A DNA stretch of 64,000 bases from Blastocystis sp. Blastoise (taxonomy: Eukaryota; Protista; Bigyra: Opalinata). The stretch spans positions 1,178,001 to 1,242,000 of the forward strand of contig JBBPEB010000014.1 of assembly GCA_039096225.1 (NCBI GenBank), in the 5' to 3' direction. Both the position numbers and the translations under genes were made by a program. Shown here one piece after another: positions 1 to 17,380 of the stretch. The notes under the pieces are model-generated. The model worked only from the letters and a program-made list of their open reading frames with translations, searched no databases and had not been told where the DNA came from. How positions within the stretch are numbered: position 1 is the stretch's first letter; every line of letters starts with the position of its first letter.

Positions 1-476
1 ATCTTCTTCATTCTCATCTTACTTTTCTTTTTATTTTTTACCTTCTTTCTATTCTTCTTCACCTTCTTTCTTAGCTCTTCACCTTCATCTTCTTGTTCTT
101 CTTTTTAATCTATTTATTCTTCATCTTCTTCTTGTATTTATTCATTTCCTTCTTCTTATTCTTCTTTCTTATCTCCTTTTTCGTTTTCTTCATCTTCATC
201 TGCATTTCATTATCTTCTTCTTATTCATCTTATTATTTTTATTCTACATTTTCTATATATTATTCTGTTATCTCTTATTTTTTTCATATACATCTCAATA
301 TTATCTTCTTCATCTTCTTCTTCTCATCTTCTTCATCTTCTTCTTCTTCTTCTTCTTCTTCTTCCTTATCTCTTCTTCACAAGCATCTTCTTATTATTCT
401 ATTTATTCTCCATCTTCTTCTGGTTATAATTATTTCCTTCTTCTTCTTCATCATCATCTTCTACATATTCTTCTTC

Positions 477-509
<33 letters not shown>

Positions 510-932
510 TTCTTCTTCTTCTTCTTCATCATCATCTTCTACATATTCTCCTTCTTCTTCTTCTTCTTCATCATCATCATCTTCTACATATTCTCCTACA
601 TATTCTTCTTCTTCTTCTTCTTCTTCATCTTCTTCATCTTCATCATCTTCTACATATTCTTCTACATATTCTTCTTCTTCTTCTTCTTCTTCTTCTTCTT
701 CTTCTTCTACATATTCTTCTTCTTCTTCTACATATTCTTCTTCTTCTTCTACATATTCTTCTTCATCTTCTTCTTCTTTTACATATTCTTCTTTTTCTTC
801 TTCTTCATCATCATCATCATCTTCTACATATTCTTCTTCTTCTTCATCATCATCATCATCATCATCATCTTCTTCTTCTTCTTCTTCTTCTTCCTCATGC
901 TTTTCCCATTTCTCCTCTAATCTTCTCTTCAA
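1..932. repeat. Low-complexity (TCT)n/(TCA)n tract punctuated by a recurring TCTACATAT unit
   Basis: Directly visible. The minus-strand reading 399-932 is poly-E/D with repeated EYVE; it has no recognisable domain and no in-frame continuation, so coding status is unsupported. Confidence 0.85.
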
Positions 933-1169
933 TACCTTACTTATAGATCTCTATATTTATATTTTTTTTTCTCTATATTATTATTTTAATTCTTTTTTAT
1001 TAATTTCATTAATTATCCCTATCTCATTAACTTTATATTTTTCTCTATTTATTCTCTTTTCATTTTTCCCTCCTATATTTAGCATCGTTTTCTCTTATAC
1101 ATATATTTTTTTTCATACTTATTTTCGTATTATTATATATCCCTTTATATTACTTTTCCTCTATATTAT

Positions 1170-1238
1170 CCTTAAGCTTAAATTGGTAAGTTTCAATCAA
1201 TTTATGATTGAAAACAGGTTCAATTCCTGTCTTAAGGT
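1170..1238 (+). ncRNA. tRNA-like RNA (non-canonical cloverleaf)
   Basis: CCTTAAG(1170-76)/CTTAAGG(1231-37) acceptor-like stem; CTTA-AATTGG-TAAG D-like arm; TTTCAATCA-ATTTA-TGATTGAAA 9-bp arm; ACAGG-TTCAATT-CCTGT canonical T arm containing B-box GGTTCAATTCC. Confidence 0.7.
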
Positions 1239-3067
1239 CGTTTATATAACTATTTTATGTATATATAGGTTTTAATATTCATATTGTATAAGATTTTCAA
1301 AAAATATATATTCAGAGAGGTGAAGATCAATTATGTTAATTACTATTTTTTTCTTTATATGTGTATTTATTTAATCATTAAATGTATTAGTTGTATATAG
1401 ATGATTCATAGAAACATTCAAAACAGTTTATTCAATACAAAAATATTCCAACAATTATCAATTACTTAATTAAGTGTATTGTCGAACACAGAATCTTCTC
1501 AAAAGATTGTTCAGGAGATTTTATAATGTTTATACGTAAAATATTAGTTTAGTTCCAAAAAATAATTCTATTTTTCAAAAATAGATTATCAAAAGATTCT
1601 GTGCAATTTTTTTTTCATATGATCAGTGTATCCTTGTACAGTAGAAAAAAATCATTTAAATACATTTTTGACTTGATAAACAATAAATTAAGAATTTATT
1701 CTTGTTAAAAAACAAAATATTTTGAAAATAATACTAAAATCATACAGATGACTAATGAAACTATTCATTCATTTACTCTTAACATGATTTAAGACAAGTC
1801 ATAAAAATGGAGATTCTTTATATTTTATAATTTTTGATTAATTGATATCACTGTCATGTTTAAACTTCATTTAGACACTAAATATGCAATATGAGACGTT
1901 TCTGTTATTATTGAAAATAAAATATATATTTGAAATAATTTTAGTTTCACTAAAAATCACTGAAGATGATTAAACACGGTAAGTAGACAATGAATAAATC
2001 ATGAATATAACGATTAATGAGATTAAACATTTTTTTGATAAAAAAGTGATTTTTGCATTTGTTTTATAGTAAACTATCAACACGATTCTGACTTTTCAAT
2101 TAAAAATATACAAAATATTATTTTTGCTTATTCATATGCATATTTGATAGCTATGAGTCCTTAGTTGATAGAAAAAGTTGTTCTTGAGTAATTATAAAAT
2201 AATAATTTGATTTGTTTTTGATATTATTGTAACAATAAACATTATTTTAACTGGAAAACACTCACTCTATACGTTTTGAGTTTATGAAGAGGTTTTAAAA
2301 GACTTTTACTTGATTACAATTGTTGACTTAATTGACTTTAAAATGTTTTTTGTTTCTTTTCAGTCATATTATGATATTAAAATAATTGAAAATCTACACA
2401 AATAGATTAAAAAGTTGATATTTCATAACAATTTTGACTCTAGACCTTTTTTATCATCTTTCTCTTTATTTAATCATTTTATTGAAAGTATGTGACTCAA
2501 ATTAATACTCTAAATGAAGATTCAGACAATCATTCTGAATTATATGAATCACTTTTGTTTTGGGATTAGAAGTCTCAGGGTCTTCTCTATAAGTCTGTAT
2601 TATAGCCTAGGTTTATTTAAAAAATAAGTTATACTTACAAAGTGATACTAAGAATAATTTTGATAATTAACTATAAAAATGACTCTTCTGTCGTCTAAAC
2701 TAATTATAAAACATTATAATGATAAATAAATATATAATTCTTTAAAATAAAACATTTTTTATAGTATTAATAATAATTAGGATAAATTGAAAATAACAAT
2801 AACAATATCCATTTTCCTCATAGAAATAAAATTTCTCTTTCTCTTTTATTCTTAACCATTCATTTTATTTATGATGAAGATTCTCTATATTTAGTAGATA
2901 TGAGATTATTCATGTTTATTTTCATTATTTCAGCTATATCTTCTAAATTCCTATTACACCCTTTTATAACAAAACAAAATCCTACATGACTTATCACATA
3001 TTTATTTTATTATATCTTATATCATTATAATGATGTATTATTAAATTATTACTTTATTTCATATCAT

Positions 3068-3789
3068 ATGATACTATTATGATGGTAGGTGTTTGCTGTT
3101 TCTTTATATTTTATTTTTTCTACTCTATTCATTCATTTTCTATAGTAGCTGTCTCTGCTTCTTGCTGTGGCTATTCCTGGTCTCCTTAAGTGTTCTGCTC
3201 CTTCTTGTGTGTGGTTATGGTTCTCTTATAGGTATATATATATATATTTCTTTTTCTAATTATTTTTATAGTTATGCTGCTTGGGTCTAGAATGAAGGGA
3301 ATCAACATGAATAAAAGGTACATATATATCTATATTATCTATTACATATTATATAACTAACCCCACTTTATATTTATATAGGAGTAATGTATATATTTAT
3401 ATTTTATTATTCTATATTATTTTATTATATCATATATTATTATATTCTACAACTCACTCTATCTTTATATAGGTTTCCATAAGTTCTGTTGCTGTCGTTG
3501 TTGGCCAATTGGAGAATGGTTTATAAAAAGTATATATATATATTTAATTATATTGTTTTATTCATTATACTATTTATCATATATCTTTTATAGGATGGTT
3601 CTTTGTCTTTGATTCCTTGCCTGTCTTGTAATGATTAGAAAAGGTATATATTTTTTATTTTATTATTATTTTAAAATGTTATATATATATTATTATTAGT
3701 AATACTTAACTAATATCATCTCTTTATATAGGTTGGTTAGGCTTAAATGCAAATTAAAGACTGAAACTGTCCTGGTTGAAATATTATAA
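3068..3789 (+). other. Seven-exon spliced unit without a continuous ORF; candidate multiply +1-frameshifted ornithine decarboxylase antizyme-like gene (alternatives: pseudogene or spliced lncRNA)
   Basis: G-richer blocks bounded by the GTA...TATAG introns typical of this genome: exons ..3084, 3146/3149-3231, 3272-3317, 3382-3388, 3473-3529, 3594-3643, 3732-3789. All three spliced frames contain stops. TGTTTGTT lies 120 nt downstream. Exon structure is well supported; the antizyme identity is tentative. Confidence 0.45.
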
Positions 3790-3909
3790 ATTAAATATTA
3801 TATATATTTTATTATATTATTTATTATATGTTTTATTATCTTTTTTTTATATATTTATTATTATTGTTTTCTATTATTTGTTTTTATGATTATTTGATAA
3901 TATTTAATT

Positions 3910-3917
3910 TGTTTGTT
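3910..3917 (+). promoter_or_regulatory. TGTTTGTT putative polyadenylation-associated element
   Basis: Exact match to the motif known just downstream of Blastocystis poly(A) sites; sits at the end of the T-rich tract following the 3068-3789 unit. Confidence 0.45.
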
Positions 3918-4078
3918 TTGTTATATCGTTTATTATTACACCACAAAAAGAATAAAAAAAGCCAATAAATGAAAAAATAGAGAATATTTAAAACCATTTT
4001 TATTCGCCAATTATTGTTTTAAGGTGCGTCATACTTTTGCACTGCTTTTCGATTTTATAAAATCACTGAAACTCTGAC

Positions 4079-4295
4079 AAAAAATTTCACTGCTCACCAC
4101 TGGGGAAACCAAAGCAAAAAAGTCGTTGGACCTTTTGTCAGCTACCCTTTAAAATTTTTTCACTGCTCCACCACTGGGGAAACCAAACAGAAAAATCAAA
4201 TAACCTTTTGTCAGCTACATATTTAAAAATTTTCACTGCTCACCACTGGGGAAACCAAAACAAAAAAGTCGTTGGACCTTTTGACAGAAACCTGA
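4079..4295. repeat. Three-copy 73-bp-period tandem repeat with GC-rich core CACTGCTC(C)ACCACTGGGGAAACCAAA and second block ACCTTTTG(T/A)CAG
   Basis: Core starts at 4088, 4161 and 4234; lies between convergent 3' ends. Confidence 0.95.
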
Positions 4296-4637
4296 AAAAA
4301 TGTCCATAGTGTATTTTATGGTTGTTTCTGCAATAATGTATTTCTAAGCTATTCTATGTATTATGAAATATAAGATTATGCCATAGTTATAAAATAAATA
4401 TATAATTAACAAAACATCTTTATATTAGTTTGATGTTACTATCATCATGGTTAAGTATGAAATAAAAATGAACAATTAAAACGTACAGATTGATGTCAAA
4501 CAAATATATACAGAAAGAACAAAAGAATATATATATATATATATATATAGTAGTTTAGATAGATAATAGAATTGATGATATGATATTATATTTTGTAATA
4601 TATATAGTAATGAATGAAGAAGAATTATTTCAAATAT

Positions 4638-10783
<6,146 letters not shown>

Positions 10784-11019
10784 TCTTAGGTTAAACTATA
10801 TTATTGAAATACAAGAAAAGTACTTTTTAATAAAAAGGAAAACAGAAATCCACACAATTATTAATTATGAATTCAGTTCTATTAATACAGTTTGAATTGA
10901 GTTGATTTTGAAAATTAAAGCTTCCATTTTTTAAACAAAATAGAATAATGAAAAACTGAAAGTTTTTCAGCAAGTCTGCCAAAATATTCAGCACTTTTTT
11001 GATTTTGTATGCTCAAATC

Positions 11020-11637
11020 ATGCAAGAAAGTATAGTTATTTATATGAGATTAACTACAGACATCTTTGTTATATAGCTAAGGATTTAAAGCAGAAAATCA
11101 GACATAGTTTAGATGTATCATTTGATGAGTTTCAGCAGTTCTTTCCAAAAAAATATTGGGAGACTGATGAAATCAAAAATTTATATAAAGATCAGAAAAT
11201 ACAATTGAAAGAACGATATCAGTTATGTTGTAAATTAGTTGATTCAATAGAAAATAAATATAAGAGTCAATGTTTTAATGTATATTCTGCTTTCTTTTAT
11301 TGTTTTAATGTAATCTACCTGTTTATTTTGGTGTTTTTACGTATTTTTCTGTTATACAAGGATTGAAATGCTCTTTATATTATGATTCTCATTTATATAG
11401 ATACAGTCAAATGATATTCCTATAGATGAATCTATTGAAATTATGAAAACAGCCATAGAATATATATCAAAAACAAATAACGAGATGAACAACGAAGTCA
11501 ATAAGATTAGAGATCATTTGCAGTTACTATACAAGAAGACAAAGAAATCTTTGAAATATACTCTTTCAGAATCAAAATTTAATACTATTCAAAACAAGAT
11601 TAATCAACTAAAACAGCAAATAGAAAATCAAGCTTAA
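11020..11637 (+). CDS. 149-aa coiled-coil protein resembling the Cnl2/Nkp2 kinetochore (CCAN) subunit
   Basis: Exons 11020-11029, 11077-11279 and 11401-11637 join in frame: MQETKDLKQKIRHSLDVSFDEFQQFFPKKYWETDEIKNLYKDQKIQLKER...IPIDESIEIMKTAIEYI...KSLKYT. The S-x-x-x-F-x-x-x-FP...I-x-x-LY-x-D pattern recalls fungal Cnl2/Nkp2. The gene model is firm; the family call is tentative. Confidence 0.6.
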
Positions 11638-12255
11638 ACTATAATAGTGTTTCGTTATTGCTACTATTTTAAGGTGAGAAGGTAGTTAGAAGTTTTAATG
11701 AGGGTTTCTTCAGTGATGTTTCTTAAAGATTTATCAATAGGGTATATTGACTGTCAAGTTATTTTTCAGTTGTTTATAGTGGTTAATTTATTCATTGGTT
11801 GTTTGATAAAATGATAAACAAAACAATGACATGTATAACACATAACAAATAATAATATAATATATATAGCAATCATAGTAATAGTATGTTGGTAAGGGGA
11901 GGTGTAATTACTTTAGGTAATGTAGGGCAATGATTTGTAATTTCCAAAACATAAACAAATATATATATATTTCTTTGTTTTCATCGATATAAAAAAATAA
12001 AAAATAATTATGATTACCTATTATTAAAACAATTTTATTAAATAACTAACAATTTAAATGAAAATATAGATTGTTGCTTTGTTTAAAAAAAAAATGTTTT
12101 TTTTTATCAAAACTAATTGAATACACTAATAGACATTGAACTTGCAACAAATAAATAAAAAAAAAGAAAAAGGAGAAAAATAAAGAAATTAAAATAGGTA
12201 ATTAAAAAGAGAGAAGAAAAGAAGAAAAAAAAAAGATAAAAAAACATTATAAAAA

Positions 12256-15200
12256 TTAGACTGTAATGATAGTAGTAGATTTAGTACGTATAGCTTTAAT
12301 GGAATGAGATCTTAATTTGGATTGTTTTGCTTTTTTACTTTTGTTGCGAGATACAATCATAGATATCATAAAATATATAAATAAAATAGCAAAGATAGAT
12401 AATACTATAATAAGAAAAATATAGGAATAACTGATTGATGTAGATTTTCGTATTTCAGGAGACATAATAAATGTTAATTCTGTAGTTGATGGGAAAATAT
12501 TAATATTTTGTGATTTTAACTCAATAAGAATAGAAGATAAGCTTGAAATCAAGTAATCTGTAATTGATTCTGAAGAAGAATATTGTACAGTAATACGAAT
12601 ATAAACAGAGGTAATAGATAATACATCAGTAGATATATCTCTATAAAGAAATGTAAGAATAGAATCATCAGTAATACTTAAATAAGTAGCTAGAGCTTGT
12701 TTTAATAAAGTATCTCCACCATTTTGCATTCCTTCTAAAGTAACACTACTAATTTGTAATATACAATCAATATAATTAGTATTAGAAGGTGGATTATTAC
12801 TATAGCAAATAGGATAAATAGAAGAAGACCAAGTAGGGAAATAAGGATCATCAGAACAAGAACGTGATTGTAATCCAAAAGTATTTTCAGGACATTTTAT
12901 ATAAACAACTGTATTTTGAGGTGTTGCTGGCCATTCTCCATCTCTTAAACAATAAGTAACTTGACTTGTTAATAATTTTATTTCGCTGACTTGTACACGT
13001 AATACACTTCCATTGCTTTCATATATATTAATACGAAACATATTATAAGATAAGCAAGCATTCACTATATACCATTCTTTCATTTGTTGTCTTTCTTTCC
13101 AAATATTTCGTTGATTTACTTCTAATAATAAATCCCAATTAATACCTTTATCATTAGAACCAGAAACAGTAAACCATTTTGGATCACGTTCTTGTTTATC
13201 ATTTGCTGAATAAATCTGAATTCGATTAATAAATTCACGTCGATCAAAACTATATTCTATTTGAATATAGGCAGGTAATCCATCTTCTAACCATTTTGTA
13301 GTTAAATCATTATCAAAAGCTTCATAAGGTGTTTCAAAAGGCATATTATAACTATTACTATTAGTTAAAGTAATACCATCACTTCGATTTATAGCATCTC
13401 CTCTCATTAGTATAGCATAAAAATCAAAATCAAATGTATGTATATTAATATCATTTCTATGTATTTCTATAGCAATTATATTCATACCATTATTTAATTG
13501 ATATGAAGGTATAGATCCACGATGATATACATAGTTCCTATATGTTTTTGTAGCTAAAGTAGTATATGATATTGAAGATGAAGTTGGCATATTTTGACGA
13601 TAAACTTCTATTTCATTTACATAAATAATTATACCTTCAATAAAATAAATAGATATATCTAATATAGGATATAGATATACTGAATCTACAAAAAAGAATT
13701 GTCTTAAATATATAGTATTTCCAATAAAAGAAGGATAATTACCTTTTTTAGATTCAATCCAATGTTCATCATTAAATAAAATTTTTTTCCAGTTTTCTTC
13801 ATAGATAGTAGATGTTTTCCATATACTTTCTTTTAGTATTGTATAATCTAAATTAATAGATATCGTATAAGGTGAAGATAAGACAGAAGGAGCAGTATAT
13901 TGACCAATTGTATATCCATTTTCTTCATATAAAACAACAGTACTTCCTGGACTCCAACCATTATTATATTGATCATATAAATTTAATTCAAATAAACCAT
14001 AATTAACACATATTGATGTATATCTTTTTTCATTATCATTACCTACATGTCCTGTATAAAGTAATTCATTATTTTGAGTAATAGTAAAAGTTTCTTCAGA
14101 ATCATAGGATTGACTATGACGTTCAACTTGTATTAATGTTTTTGTTTCTCCACAAGAAATAACATCAATAATTAATGTTTGTGATCTAGAATATCCATTA
14201 GGATTTACAGCTTGAATAGAATATGTATAAGATCCATAAGCAGACCAATAACCTTGTAATTCTACTGTTGTATAATTTATATAAACTGTACTAGGAAGAG
14301 AAGGTGTAAATATAATACTTTTATAAGGAGATGTGAATAGAAATTGAATTGGAGTTATATCTTGTAAACGATAGACTTGAGAATATGAAGAACTTAATGA
14401 AAAAGAAGGAGAAGAGAAAAATGTATTAAAAGTATATGTTCTTGTATTAGATATTAATAATTCATTGGGTGTAATTCTATCAGTAAAGAAATATACAGTA
14501 TCATCTCTATAAAATGTATAAAAGCATCCTTGTATATCTGAACATTCAAATTGATAAATCATATTATTTGATTCTATAAAACAATGTCGATGTATACCTT
14601 TAGACATATCTTGTTGATATATAATCTCATTATTCTTTAATATTTTCATAGATCCAGAACCTGAATATAATTGTGTATAATAAAAATGACTATTATTACA
14701 ACCAGGAAAAGATATAGCAATTTGAAAAGAAGAACAACCGACTTGATTGCATCCTGATAAAGTAAACATAGTATATAGATTTAATGATTCAGTTGGAGTT
14801 CCTTTAAAATATCCTGAAAAACTTTCAATATATACACCTTGAGGAGGATCAGGAGAACAACTCCATGTATCTACACGTCCTGTATATATAGGTTTAAATT
14901 CAAAATAAGTACCTACTGTACCATCCCATGTATCTGTTAATAATATATTATTATAAAGATAATATAATCCTGAAGGTGGTTCTAAATAAAGTATTTCTAA
15001 TTGTATATTTGTTATATAGTTACCGTAAGTAATAGTATATGTAGTAAGAGTACGTAGATCATGTGGTGTTCCTGTTATTGTTCCAGTATACTCATTAAAA
15101 AGTAATCCAGAAGGTAAAGAAGGTGTTATCGAATATACAAAATCTTTAGAAGTAGATATATTAGAAATAGTAGTATTTGTATCATTTGAAGATGAAAATG

Positions 15201-17380
15201 AAGATGATGAAAATGAAGATGATGATGATGAAGATGATGATAATGAAGATGAAAACGATGAAGATGAAGATGAAGAAGAAGAAAGAGAAGATGATGATGA
15301 TGATAAAGATGAAAAAGAAGAAGAAGAAAGAGAAGATGATGATAACAATGAATGTCGATTTATTTGAATATTACTTGATACTAAAGACGAATTACTAAAA
15401 TTTAACCATAGGACTTGATTTGAAACAATAGCTACATTCTTATATGCAATGTAATCTAAATTTGTATAAGATAATATAGTAGATGGAACATGATAATAAG
15501 CAGAAGAAGGAATAATAAAAAAGTTATTATAAAAAGGTTTTCTCCATAATAACATAATAGCATGTCCATAATACTGTTGAAAATATTGAATTCTTATTGG
15601 ATAATACCCTATATTAGAAATATATACAACTTTCGATTTAAGTTCAGAAGCACTACCAATTCTCCAATTTTCAAATAAAAATTCATTATTAAAATAAATA
15701 CGTATTCCATCATCTACTTTTGCAGCTATTTCCCATGTACCTATTTCATCAAAAAATAAATATCCCTCAAAAGTAGCATATATTTTCTGATACATATCTG
15801 GAGTTAATCCAGGAGACATTACAGCATTTTCATTTAATTCTTCATAATTAATAATAGACTCAATGCGTTCAACACGTTTTTCAGTAATATAATCACTAAA
15901 TCCTTTATCATTAGAAAAATCATAGGGATTCATAATTTTATACCATGTAGCTTTTATACCTTGTAAAGGATTTAAGATTATATATATATGTAAACTATAT
16001 TCTGTAAATCCAAGAGGTCCAGTAATACGTATAGTATATATATTATTACAAATAGAAGTAGGAGTTCCAGAAATAACTCCAATGGAATTAAGTGTAAGTC
16101 CTTCTGGAAGAGAAGGAGAAGAAGACCATTCAGTTATATATCCACTAGCAAATGTAGGAGAAGAAGATAAAATAGGATAATTCACTATACCTGTAATTGT
16201 ATTATAATGAAGAAATGAAGGAGCACGACCTCCAAGAGTAACAATATCTTTTGAAACAAGTGTATAAGGAATACTTAATGTATCACATTTATAATAAAGT
16301 TGTATCATAGAATGATAATTAATTTCAAAATAAGTAACATAGAGTAAATGATATCCTTGTGTTAATGTAATAGATCCCTCTTCTGTATGTTGACCACTTC
16401 GATAAGTACGAAAAACATAATTATCTACAGAATCAATAGAAAAAGAGCCACCATCATCTGTTGTTAATTTAAATGTATATAAAGAAGTAATTGATATATA
16501 GATATATCCAATAAAATAAGCAGAATAATAATCTCGAAATCGTTCATCTAATCCACTAATAATATGACCACCATGAGAATATTGAAATTCATCATCGAAA
16601 TCAATAGTATTATGTAATAAAAAAGCTTTAGCATCTGTAGAACGAAAGAAAACACGTGAAGGGTATTGAAATCCTTGAATTGTTGTAAAGTAAATACCTG
16701 TTATACCAGAAATACCGAGAGATGTAATATCAATTACTTCTATGATTATTCTAGTAGATACCATTCCATATACATTAAATGCTTGTATATAATATGAAGT
16801 AGAAGAAGAAATAGTTAAAGGTGTTCCAGAAATAGATCCATCCGTATCATTGAATATCATTCCAGAAGGAAGAGCTGGTGTAATTGAATAACTAGTAAAA
16901 AAAGAATCACCACGAGGATAATAAGGTTCCATTATAACTTTTGCATATACTTTTGCATAAAAAAAACCATATGAAATATATGTAGGCTCACTAATAACTA
17001 TAAACAAAATTTAAAATAAATGAAAATCTAAGAGAAAAAAAAAGAAAAATACTCGAAATGGTGATAATCTGTGCTATATCATCAAAATAACAACTTGGAG
17101 CAACTTGATATTGTTTCTCTAATTGCCCTATGCGTGGTGTTCCAGATATAGTTCGATTATTCATGACAAGACCTTCAGGAAGACGAGGATAGACTATTAG
17201 ATCAGATCCATTATTCCCACCACATATAACATCCTCCATTGTGACACCAACTGTCAATATTAAAGTTGTAGAACTGCAATATGTTGGTGAAGCACATATT
17301 GGAATAACAAATAAGAAGTACAAAAATATGAAAAACATTATACTCTTCTTAATATAAGAAGAACAAATCCAGTTATTCAT
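12256..17380 (-). CDS. Large type I membrane surface protein: signal peptide, He_PIG-type Ig repeats, two PA14 domains, F5/8-type (discoidin-like) domain, Cys-rich HRM-like module, SEA-like domain, TM helix
   Basis: Two exons (17053-17380, start possibly 17338; 12256-16997). Repeated P-x-LP-x-G-L...G-x-ISGTP motifs; PA14 motifs (YTFKLTTDDG, AKVDDGIRIY, IRIQYFQ); AFDNDLTTKW...RDPKWF; C-terminal TM followed by a basic tail. Confidence 0.9.

Noticed and set aside
93-920. 275-aa poly-F/I ORF, and the many similar Y/I/L/F-rich ORFs in the track
   Set aside because: Translations of microsatellites, introns, or the antisense strand of low-complexity exons.
1170-1238. Canonical tRNA-Lys(UUU) or tRNA-Sec call
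   Set aside because: Lacks positions 8-9, U33 and the variable loop; no properly stemmed UCA anticodon.
3473-3643. Ribosomal protein uL14/RPL23 relic (AVVVGQ......KDGS)
   Set aside because: Only a short chance-level resemblance; the flanking uL14 motifs are absent.
3085-3731. snoRNA host-gene explanation for the ORF-less spliced unit
   Set aside because: Introns are 40-90 nt AT-rich sequences with no C/D or H/ACA box pairs visible.
4079-4295. CRISPR array or tandem tRNA interpretation of the 73-bp repeat
   Set aside because: Eukaryotic context, no cas genes, and copies 1 and 3 share the same 'spacer'; the units do not fold as cloverleaves.
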